Below, piece after piece: positions 46,811 through 55,957 of a DNA stretch of 64,000 nucleotides; position 1 is the first letter of the stretch; every line of letters starts with the position of its first letter. The DNA is taken from positions 2,080,001 through 2,144,000 of the forward strand of contig CAVWLP010000002.1 in the NCBI GenBank assembly GCA_963755915.1. The letters run 5' to 3'. A program made the translations under genes and the position numbers. Source of the DNA: an uncultured Phycisphaerales bacterium (GTDB lineage: Bacteria; Planctomycetota; Phycisphaerae; Tepidisphaerales; Tepidisphaeraceae). Below the pieces are notes generated by a model. The model saw only the letters and a program-made list of their open reading frames with translations. It searched no databases and was not told the origin of the DNA.

Positions 46811-47910
46811 GTGCGGGCCGGATCGCACATCACGCTTTCCAACAATATCCGATTGACCTTCCGGCTTGTAAAATGCCTCGCCAATACCCGGGCCATCGTT
46901 CCCCGTTCGCCGGCACAAATAGAAGCTTCCCGGCGGCACGGCGCCTTGAGCCGTGGGCCGGTAACACCTGAAGGCAAGTCGCGATCGCGAATGAATGCCT
47001 TAAAGCATGGCGTGCTGGCCCGCGTCATCAAGCCCGCTTTGGACATTCGCGAGCATGACAGGGTTTTCTGCCAGATCCGCAACGAGTTGATTGATGAGTT
47101 CCAGCCCCAGCGTTTTAGTGACGTTTCACGCATCGATTCGCTGGCTTGGGATTACCTCAATTTAGTCGGGTCACACAATTGATAGAGCAACTTCACCGCC
47201 CGGCACCCCTCCCCAAGGACGACAGCTAGCAGTGGAATCGGATCTATAGGTCCCGGCGCGACTTAGAATTGATCAATCGTGCAATCAAACACATCGATCA
47301 GGGTGAAATGCCACTCTGTGGGGGCGAGGCGGCAGATCGATTGGGAAGCCGGATCAGCGAATTTGTGAGAACTGTCGCGGCGCAAATCGAAGAGGCGAAG
47401 CTGGACGCCGAGGCGGCCGACAAACCACAAACACAGCCTCCACCCTCACCAAGCCCCAGCGAGGCGCCGCAGCCGGAGCCGGCCAAAGACGCTGGCAACG
47501 CGCCGCCGGCGGACGAAGGGCCCAACGACAAGTATGTGCCGCCCCTCAGCCAGTCGGACCTCGATTTCGAGGAAGAGCAGGAGCGACAGTTCCAAGAGCA
47601 AGTGAAACTGATTGGCACGGCGGGAAAACGGCTGGCGGATAAGGAATACGTGGTCGGAGTGCTCCGCGCCGAGCAAAAGCCCAAGGCGGGAGATTTGAAA
47701 CGGCTGCGGGAGATCTTGAAATGGACCTCAGAGCATGATGAGCGATCCCTGATTAGGGAGCAGGAATTCAAACAGCGGATCGAGCCGCGCGTTATGGCCG
47801 CACAACTGGCGCTTGCCAGTGCCCCAGAAAACCTGATTACGCTGGACCAGTATCGGAGAAGGATTGAGAGGGACATCGAGCGAAAGTTGCTGCTACTGGA
47901 AGGCCCGTAG
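46811..47910 (+). pseudogene. Disrupted hypothetical protein of the GPxTxEGKxxSxxNAxKHG family
   Basis: QIEASRRHGALSRGPVTPEGKSRSRMNALKHG; frame broken at 47170-47270. Confidence 0.6.
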
Positions 47911-48493
47911 GGGAACAGTTTCGGGTTCGTTTGGCGCACTCGATGCTGAGATAGCCCTCTTTTTTGATCGGTCGTACGTTTCGACGAAAGCGAACCCGGT
48001 CGCTCTCGGACATTGGAAAAGGACCGGCGGACACGATGTCCATATCGCCGCGAGGCATCAATTCCGTTTTTAATGACAACGAGGTCCGAGGCGTTTGTTC
48101 ATTGCTCGGTTACCAGTGATCGACCCAATTGAGCAAAACGGTGGATTTTCTGTTGCCCCGGGATGGTATTAGCATTACCGTTGACGAGGCGAATTCGAGG
48201 AACAACGGGCACCTTCAACCTATTCATGAATGTGAAAAAGCTGACAGAGCGCAGGGAAGATCTGTTAACAGAATTCTTCGCGGCCGCTTTGCATGTTTCC
48301 CCCACCACACGATGGCGTTATTATAAACTGGTGCTGAATGATTATTGCCGGCGCCGCGGGTGGGCAAATTGCGAAATTCGGACCGTGGACACCCAATCAT
48401 TCCGACAATTCGCTCGCTTTACCGCGCTAAGAGGCCTATTGTTTTATGTCAGTGGAGCTTAAATAAATTGGCTCCGACAGTATTTCGAAGTCC

Positions 48494-48605
48494 TCGGATG
48501 ACTAAATAGAGGGTAATCCGGCCAAAAACCGAAAGACCCGTTAACGAGTAAGCCGACGCAAATGAATCCTGAAACCTCGGGATTCGGGTGCGTCGGCCTT
48601 TTTTT
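48494..48605 (+). ncRNA. Candidate novel cis-regulatory RNA with terminator, copy A
   Basis: TCGGATGACTAA..GGGT..stem..GACCCGTTAACGAGTAAGCCGACGC..GCGTCGGC-T run; three copies in the window. Confidence 0.75.
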
Positions 48606-48675
48606 GGCGCGACGTTTCTCGAGGAAATTGCGCCGACTAATTCGAGCATATCTCTAAAATGAAGGGAGCGTCGTC

Positions 48676-48828
48676 ATGCTCTGGACTTTTGCACTGATAC
48701 TTATGGTCTTGTGGCTGCTCGGGGTCGTTACCTCATACACAGCCGGTGGATTGATCCACATTCTGTTGGTTGTGGCCCTGGTCGTCATCGTCGTCCGTCT
48801 CCTCCAGGGACGCAGGCCCCTGGCGTAG
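48676..48828 (+). CDS. lmo0937-family small membrane protein (50 aa)
   Basis: Below ORF-track cutoff; GGGAG RBS; MLWTFALILMVLWLLGVVTSYTAGGLIHILLVVALVVIVVRLLQGRRPLA. Confidence 0.9.
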   Translation: MLWTFALILMVLWLLGVVTSYTAGGLIHILLVVALVVIVVRLLQGRRPLA

Positions 48829-48949
48829 ATCCAAGCGGCTGGGCGTTCAATTGCGGGCGTCGGCGTCAATATTGTGGCGCTGTTCGGGCCTCACACGGCA
48901 AGAACGCCTGGCCGGTTTACCGAACAGCGGTTGCTTCAGGAGATCCGAT

Positions 48950-49243
48950 ATGAGTCGAATCAAACCAAACGCGAGGAAGTTAGTCGCTCCGATGGCGATG
49001 ACCCTGTTAATGGGTTTGGCCGGTTGCGTCGGGGGCTACGGGTATGTTGATGGAGGCCCGGAGTGGGATGGCGTAGTGGTTGTGGGGGGAGGATATGACA
49101 GAGGGTACAACCGCGATTACCACCCCCAGGCGTTTCACAACGAGGGCGGCCGGCCTGCGGCCGTCGCCAGCGCCAGGGGAAGGGCGTCGATGGGAGCACG
49201 CGCGGGCGGGGGACACGCGGCTTCTGGCGGCGAGCGCAGATGA
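48950..49243 (+). CDS. Small Gly-rich lipoprotein
   Basis: AGGAG RBS; lipobox LAGC; tail ASARGRASMG. Confidence 0.7.
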   Translation: MSRIKPNARKLVAPMAMTLLMGLAGCVGGYGYVDGGPEWDGVVVVGGGYDRGYNRDYHPQAFHNEGGRPAAVASARGRASMGARAGGGHAASGGERR

Positions 49244-49313
49244 TCGCCGCTCGGATTGAGCTCCTTGGCTGGGAGCAGTGGATCGATTGAACAACCATCG
49301 TGAGAAGAAATCT

Positions 49314-50306
49314 ATGAAAACAAAAATACGCGGAAATAGCGGATGGATTGCCGTCGCCCTATTGGCGGGCGGAGCTTTGCTTCTGACAAACGGGTGCAGT
49401 AGCACCACAAGTTCGCCAGCGGACGCGACTTCAGTACAGACCGCGGACATGCCCGGCCAGGGCCAACCATTATTTGCCAGCGACAACGAGGCGATGAATG
49501 CGATGCTGACGGCCGTCAAAAACCAGGACCATGAGCAAGTGCATCTCTTCCTTGGACCGGCATGGAAGGAACTTGTCTCCGGCGACAAGGTGGAGGACGG
49601 CAATGCTTTCAAGGAATTCGCCCAGCGCGCGGCTGAGCGCACGCGACTGCAACGGCAGGATGATACGACTTCCATCATGTATGTCGGCAATGACGATTGG
49701 CCGTTTCCGATCCCGATTGCGAAAACGTCCGATGGGAAATGGTTCTTCGACACCGAAGCCGGCAAAACGGAAATCCTGGCTCGCCGGATTGGTGCAAACG
49801 AACTGGAAACGATCGATGTGTGCCGGAAGTACATTGAAGCGCAGCGCGAGTATGCCAGCGAGGATCGCGATGGCAGCGGCGTACGCAAGTTCGCTCAAAG
49901 AATCATAAGCACGCCGGGGAAGACGGATGGCTTATACTGGAACGCAACCTCGGATCAGGAGCAAAGCCCATTCGGCCGATTGTTCGCGGCGGCGGCAACG
50001 CAGGGGTATGACCTGGCCGCAAGCCATCCGCGCCGGCCTTACTATGGATATCGCTTTCGCGTGTTGAAGCAACAGGGCTCCGCGGCGCCGGGCGGCACGA
50101 GCGACTACATCATCAACGGAGACATGACCGGCGGCTTTGCGCTGGTGGCCTTCCCCGAAGACTATGAATCATCGGGGATCATGACGTTCATCGTGAGTCA
50201 GCAAGGGGACGTCTATCAGAAGGACCTGGGCCCAAATACCACCCAGCTCGCGCGGCAGATGACGGAGTACAACCCCGATGCAAGCTGGACGCTGGTGAAA
50301 GATTAA
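49314..50306 (+). CDS. DUF2950 family lipoprotein
   Basis: GNDDWPFPIPI, EILARRIGANE, STPGKTDGLYW, PYYGYRF, SGIMTFIV, VYQKDLGP. Confidence 0.9.
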   Translation: MKTKIRGNSGWIAVALLAGGALLLTNGCSSTTSSPADATSVQTADMPGQGQPLFASDNEAMNAMLTAVKNQDHEQVHLFLGPAWKELVSGDKVEDGNAFKEFAQRAAERTRLQRQDDTTSIMYVGNDDWPFPIPIAKTSDGKWFFDTEAGKTEILARRIGANELETIDVCRKYIEAQREYASEDRDGSGVRKFAQRIISTPGKTDGLYWNATSDQEQSPFGRLFAAAATQGYDLAASHPRRPYYGYRFRVLKQQGSAAPGGTSDYIINGDMTGGFALVAFPEDYESSGIMTFIVSQQGDVYQKDLGPNTTQLARQMTEYNPDASWTLVKD

Positions 50307-50414
50307 ACATCGCGTCGGCGCATGCGCAACGGAAGGTAAATTATCGGCTATCCCACGTGCGCGGGTGGCGTTGGGCATTGTCGTTTGGCATCTGAACCCC
50401 CTGAGGCATCACAC

Positions 50415-52799
50415 ATGATCGCACCACTTGCACCACCACTTGCTCCGCCCGTCGCCAGTGATGTGTCCCCCAGCGAGTTGGATGCCAAATCATCGCAAGG
50501 CCTCACCAGCGAAGAGGCCCGGCGTTTGTTCGGCCAGTTCGGCCCCAACTCAATGCCCGATACGTCAGCGCATCCGGCGCGAATGGCTATCGAGAAGCTG
50601 TGGGCGCCGATCCCCTGGATGTTGGAAGCGGCGATCGTGCTGGAGTTGGTGCTTGGCAAATATATTGAAGCTGCGATTATCGCGGTGCTGCTGTTGTTCA
50701 ACGCCGCGCTTGGGTTCTTTCAGGAAGGGCGTGCCCAGGCAACGCTCGCCGCGTTGAAAAAGCGGCTGGCGCTGACTGCTTCGGTCCGCCGCGACGGGGC
50801 GTGGAAGAATTGCCCGGCGGCCGATTTGGTGCCGGGGGACATCGTGAATCTATCGCTTGGCGGCGTGGTTGTCGCGGATGTGAAGCTGGTCGAGGGCAAC
50901 GTCCTGCTCGATCAATCGATGCTCACGGGTGAATCGATCGCCATCGAAGCGGGGCCGGGATTCCAAACTTATGCGGGGGCGCTGGTGCGCCGCGGCGAGG
51001 CCGTGGCCCTGGTCACAGCGACCGGAATTCGGACCAAGTTCGGACGCACCGCGGAGCTGGTTCGCACGGCGCATGTTGTCAGCTCCCAGCAAAAGGCCGT
51101 GTTGCGCGTGGTGCGAAATCTCGCGGTGTTTAACGGCATTCTGATCATCGTCCTGGTTGGGTATGCCCTGACTCATTCGATGCCATGGAAGGAGATTCTT
51201 CCGCTGGTGCTGACAGCGGTTTTGGCGTCGATCCCGGTTGCACTGCCAGCCACGTTTACATTGGCGAGCGCTTTGGGGGCTCGAGCACTGGCGCGGCAAG
51301 GCGTGTTGCCGACACGGCTCTCCGCCGTCGATGAAGCGGCCTCCATCGATGTGTTATGCGCGGACAAAACTGGAACGCTCACGCGCAACGAGTTAACGGT
51401 GATGATGGTCGTCCCGATGCCGGGCTTCGACGAGCGGCATGTGCTGATGATGGCGGCCCTGGCCAGTTCGGAGGGTGGGCAGGACCCCGTGGACGAGGCG
51501 ATTTGTTGCTCCGTGTCGGGCAAAGTCGCTTCTAACCCACCCAAATTGTCCCACTTCGAGCCCTTCGATCCGGCGAAGAAGATGTCGGAGGCGACGGCGG
51601 TTGATTCGAGCGGAGGAACAATACGCATCATTAAGGGCGCGTTTGCCGTCGTCGGGAATCTTGCGGCGCCTTCGCCCGGCGCGCCCGCCGCGGCGAACGA
51701 ACTGGAGTCGAAAGGTTTTCGGGTACTCGCCGTGGCGGCTGGACCGCCAGCGGCGTTGCAGCTCATGGGGTTGATCGCGCTCAGCGATCCAGCCCGCGAC
51801 GATTCCGCGGCCCTGGTCACGGAACTGAAAACGCTGGGCGTTCGCACGGTGATGGTGACCGGCGACGCGCCGGCAACGGCGGCAATTGTGGCGCATGCCG
51901 TTGGTCTCGAAGGAGCGGTTTGCCCCCCCGGGCCGATCCCCAGCGACGCTCGCCCTGAAAGTTTTTCCGTCTTTGCCGGCGTTCTGCCCGAGGACAAATA
52001 TAAACTGGTGAAGGCATTCCAAAAGGGCGGTCACATCGTCGGCATGTGCGGCGACGGCGCCAACGATGCGCCGGCGCTGCGGCAGGCTCAGATGGGAATC
52101 GCCGTATCGACCGCGACCGATGTCGCCAAGTCCGCCGCGGGCATTGTGCTCACCAATCCGGGACTCGTTGGCATCGTTGACTCGGTCAAGGAAGGGCGTA
52201 TTACATTTCAACGCATCCTGACGTACACGCTGAACTCCATGACCAAGAAAATCGTGCAGGTGATGTTCCTTGGCGTGGGTCTTGTCATGACCGGGCACGC
52301 GATCCTCACCCCCATGCTGATGGTCATCGTGATGATGGTGGGTGATGTCCTGGGTATGTCGTTGACCACCGACAATGTCCGCCCGTCGCCGCTGCCAAAT
52401 AGCTGGCGCATCGGCAAGCTGACGGTCGCGGGCATATTTATAGGCGCGTCCGAACTGGTGTTTTGCTCCGCCGTTCTGGCGATTGGTCACTTTCGCATGG
52501 GCCTGGGCATTGCAATGTTGCAAACCCTGGCGTTCGTCACGCTGGTGTGCGGGAATCAGGCAACCACCTATGTTGTACGCGCACGCCGGCGAATATGGTC
52601 GTCACCCCGTCCAAGTCACTGGCTTGTCTTATCGTCCGTCGCCGATCTGTTGATCGCACTGGTACTGGCCGAACGCGGCTGGCTCATGCGGCCGCTGTCC
52701 CTATTGGTGTTGGTCAGCGTGCTTGGCGGCGCCATTGCGTTCACCTTTGTCCTGGATTTGGTAAAGGTGTCCGTGTTCAGACGCTTAGAGATTGCATAG
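50415..52799 (+). CDS. P-type ATPase, plasma-membrane H+-efflux (P3A) type
   Basis: PIPWMLE, DQSMLTGES, IPVALP, DKTGTLT, KGA, GDGANDAPAL. Confidence 0.88.
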   Translation: MIAPLAPPLAPPVASDVSPSELDAKSSQGLTSEEARRLFGQFGPNSMPDTSAHPARMAIEKLWAPIPWMLEAAIVLELVLGKYIEAAIIAVLLLFNAALGFFQEGRAQATLAALKKRLALTASVRRDGAWKNCPAADLVPGDIVNLSLGGVVVADVKLVEGNVLLDQSMLTGESIAIEAGPGFQTYAGALVRRGEAVALVTATGIRTKFGRTAELVRTAHVVSSQQKAVLRVVRNLAVFNGILIIVLVGYALTHSMPWKEILPLVLTAVLASIPVALPATFTLASALGARALARQGVLPTRLSAVDEAASIDVLCADKTGTLTRNELTVMMVVPMPGFDERHVLMMAALASSEGGQDPVDEAICCSVSGKVASNPPKLSHFEPFDPAKKMSEATAVDSSGGTIRIIKGAFAVVGNLAAPSPGAPAAANELESKGFRVLAVAAGPPAALQLMGLIALSDPARDDSAALVTELKTLGVRTVMVTGDAPATAAIVAHAVGLEGAVCPPGPIPSDARPESFSVFAGVLPEDKYKLVKAFQKGGHIVGMCGDGANDAPALRQAQMGIAVSTATDVAKSAAGIVLTNPGLVGIVDSVKEGRITFQRILTYTLNSMTKKIVQVMFLGVGLVMTGHAILTPMLMVIVMMVGDVLGMSLTTDNVRPSPLPNSWRIGKLTVAGIFIGASELVFCSAVLAIGHFRMGLGIAMLQTLAFVTLVCGNQATTYVVRARRRIWSSPRPSHWLVLSSVADLLIALVLAERGWLMRPLSLLVLVSVLGGAIAFTFVLDLVKVSVFRRLEIA

Positions 52800-52878
52800 T
52801 TCAACAGATATTCAATAATTTTGTGGGGACGGGACACCAAGCCCTCCAACTTACGACAGGGACAAAGAAGGATAAACA

Positions 52879-54630
52879 ATGAGCATGGCAATTTCCCTTC
52901 CAGCGGTTAAACCCGTCCCGACGCAAATGCAGCACCGCCAGATTCCCGTTTTGCCGGAACGCCCGCGCGTCCATCCTATCGCCTGCGAGATTCGCCGGTC
53001 GTATCCCGTCGGAAGGCAAAACTTCTCGCGCTTGCCAAGGGGAAGTTTTGGTCTTGACCATCACCTCTTGCGATCCAGTTCCCGAGAACGTTCAAGCGAG
53101 TCTTATGACGACGCTGAACTCGGATGATGGCAAGTCGTGGACCAAAGTCCCATTCGTGCGTGCCGATGAGCGGAATCTGACGTGCCACATCAGGCCCGAA
53201 CGTCCCGGCCTCCACTCCTTTCGGGCCGAGTTCTCCCTGGATCGGGGTACGACCTGGCTTCGGGACACCGTCCCCGACGCCTGGATATTGATCGATCCTT
53301 CACAAGTTGATGGCCTGCGCGTCTATACCCTGATTCCCGCCGTTTCCGGCACAGTCGCAGATTGGATGGCCGATCTGAAGCGCATCAGCGCGATGGGCTT
53401 CAATGCCATTCACCTTCTGCCGGTCACGACTTTGGACACATCACAAAGTCCGTATTCGGCCAAAGACCTGTTTGATATCGATCACAGTTACCTGATGGAA
53501 GGATCCCGGCAAGATGGCCTGTCGCAGTTGGAAGATTTTATCGCAGAAGCAAAGAGGCTCGACATACGTCTGATCTTTGATCTGGTCCTGAACCACGTGG
53601 GCGTGAACAGCACAATGGCACGGCGGGCGCCGGATTGGATTGTGCCGGACCAGAATCAGCCCGATCGGTTCCGGCGCGCACGGTATTGGTCCGACCAGGG
53701 GTGGCGTACCTGGAATGACCTCATCTTGATCAATTACGAACATCCCTCCGAGGCAATTCGTTCGGAAATACGGGCTTACATGGTGGACTACGCGCTGTTC
53801 TGGGCGAAATATGCAAATGACACCGGCGGGTTCGTGCGATTCGACAATCTGCACAGCAGCGACCCCGATTTCGTTACAGCGCTCACGGCATCGCTGCATT
53901 CAGAGTATCCCGAGGTGGGCATTCTCGCCGAGTATTTTACCGATGAAAGCACACTGCTGCGTACGGGACCGGAATGGGGGCTGAATCTGAATCTGGCGAC
54001 GCCGTGGAATTTCAAGTTTGTTCCTCAGCTTCGCGAATATCTCAATTACATTCACCGCGTTTCTGAGCACATTCGATACTTTGTGCCGATCACCTCGCAC
54101 GATTCCGGGTCGCCCGCGCAGGAGTTTGGCACCGCTGACTCGACGGTTCCGCGATACGTCACAGCCGCCTTGCTGGGCACCGGAGCCACCGGAATTCCGC
54201 AGGGAGTCGAATTCGGCGAGAAAGAACGGATCGATTTTATCGGCAGAAAACCGAAGATGATCTATCCCGTCGAGGCGAGGTTCGCCAAATTCATCAGCCG
54301 GGTTAACGCTATTCTCGTCGAGTATCCGGCCTTCCGTTGCGGGGGGAATTGCCGGTTCGTCGATAACGGGCATTCCGCTGTCATCGCCGCGTTCCGTGAA
54401 AGCTCGGGCACTGACGCGCAGGGATTTCTAGTCGCATGTAATTTCGATACGCAGAATCAACAGCACATAACGGTCGAGCTTGCGCCTTTGATCTCAACAG
54501 AGGGACCCTTCACATGCTGTGAATTGTTAAGCGGGGAGATTCAGCATTTCTCACAATCACACCTGGAGCTTGTGCTTCCCCCTTTCGTGCGCAAGTGCTG
54601 AAGTTTCTAAGAAACAATCAACCTAATTGA
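52879..54630 (+). CDS. GH13 alpha-amylase-family protein; frameshifts near 53030 and 54590
   Basis: GFNAIHLLP, SPYS, DLVLNH, RFDN, LAEYF, SHD. Confidence 0.82.
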
Positions 54631-54713
54631 AGGGCAATCTGTTTGCTTTGCCCGTAGTCATTCGTTTGCACGAAGCCTAGGATGGGTCAGCTACTGATCG
54701 TCTCTCGAAACAT

Positions 54714-54824
54714 TCGGATGACTAAATGAAGGGTATTTCGGCCCCCCAGCCGGAAGACCCGTTAACGAGTAAGCCGACGCAATTGAGTCCCGACACCTCG
54801 GGATTCGGATGCGTCGGCTTTTTT
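54714..54824 (+). ncRNA. Candidate novel cis-regulatory RNA with terminator, copy B
   Basis: Same architecture as 48494-48605; substitutions preserve pairing. Confidence 0.75.
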
Positions 54825-54866
54825 CGTTTCTGCCAAAATGGATATCCACTCACAGAGGTACTCTAT

Positions 54867-55823
54867 ATGAGAACACCCAGTCCTTTTGCCGCACTGATCT
54901 TTATCGTAATCCTCGGCATTGGCGGAGGGTTGGCGTTCGCCGCCTATAGCGCGGCGGCGCCGGAAAGAAGCGTGTGTATTGCAGTTGTCACTTTTGTGAT
55001 CGCGCTCATCGCCGCCCGCGCAATCAAGGTTGCCGATCAATGGGATAAAGCGGTGATCCTCCGTCTGGGCCAGTTCCACGCGCTCAAAGGGCCGGGGCTT
55101 TTCTTCATCATTCCAATTGTCGATGCCATTCCCTATTGGATCGACACGCGAGTCATCACGACCGGTTTCAAAGCGGAAAAAACCCTTACTAAAGACACGG
55201 TCCCGGTGGATGTGGATGCGGTGCTGTTTTGGAAAGTCATTGACCCGAAAAAGGCGGCGCTCGGTGTAGCTGATTATCGAAGCGCCATAAGCTGGGCGTC
55301 GCAAACAGCCCTGCGCGATGTGATCGGCAAAACCATGCTTTGCGACATGCTGGAAGGCCGGGACAAAATCAGTGAGCTGCTGCAGAAGATCATCGATGAG
55401 CGTACCGAACCGTGGGGAATCAACGTTATTTCCGTGGAAGTGAAAGACGTTTTGATCCCGCAGGCTTTGGAAAATGCCATGTCAATGCAGGCCCAGGCAG
55501 AAAGAGAGCGTCAAGCCAGGGTGATTCTGGGAGATTCCGAGCGACAGGTTGCCGAGAAGTTTGCCGAAGCCTCAAAAAGCTATCAGCACAATCCGGTCGC
55601 CTTTCATTTAAGGGCAATGAACATGCTCTATGAGGGCCTGAAGCAGAATTCCACCATCGTCATCGTTCCCAGTACGGCCGTGGAAAGCATGCAACTCGGG
55701 GGTCTCGCCGGATTGACGGCTCTGACCATGGGAATTGGTCAAGACGCCGCCAAGGGAAACGGAAAGGATGTCGCGAATCTTGGGACAAACGGCGAGCCTA
55801 CAGAACAGGCGTTACTCAGATGA
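54867..55823 (+). CDS. SPFH/band-7 (stomatin-like) protein
   Basis: GAGG RBS; GPGLFFIIP, TLTKDTVPVDVDAV, QTALRDVIG, QAQAERERQA. Confidence 0.92.
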   Translation: MRTPSPFAALIFIVILGIGGGLAFAAYSAAAPERSVCIAVVTFVIALIAARAIKVADQWDKAVILRLGQFHALKGPGLFFIIPIVDAIPYWIDTRVITTGFKAEKTLTKDTVPVDVDAVLFWKVIDPKKAALGVADYRSAISWASQTALRDVIGKTMLCDMLEGRDKISELLQKIIDERTEPWGINVISVEVKDVLIPQALENAMSMQAQAERERQARVILGDSERQVAEKFAEASKSYQHNPVAFHLRAMNMLYEGLKQNSTIVIVPSTAVESMQLGGLAGLTALTMGIGQDAAKGNGKDVANLGTNGEPTEQALLR

Positions 55824-55957
55824 ACGAAACAAGTATCGTTCGTTTGAGTATCGCATCATAACTCTTCGCCAATGGCTCGCATAGAAGAAGCCACCGCACA
55901 CCAGGAAGTGCAATCATTCATACGCTAAATAAAATTTCACCAGATAAGATTTCGCCT

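Noticed and set aside
48494-48605. c-di-AMP (ydaO), M-box, yybP-ykoY or fluoride riboswitch identity
   Set aside because: Only short words such as TGAATCC are shared; the length and core consensus of those classes are absent as far as I can judge without Rfam.
12297-54630. Wholesale pseudogenisation or programmed frameshifting of the island
   Set aside because: Breaks are small indels at GCGC with almost no nonsense codons or slippery A/T runs, so an artefact is more parsimonious pending read checks.
54726-54866. N-terminal extensions DPLxSKPTQLxPxTSGFG (ORF starts 54726 and 63689) as a conserved peptide
   Set aside because: They are translations through the RNA element. In copy A the same frame has a stop at 48514 and no start before the DPL segment, and SPFH has a better RBS-linked start at 54867.
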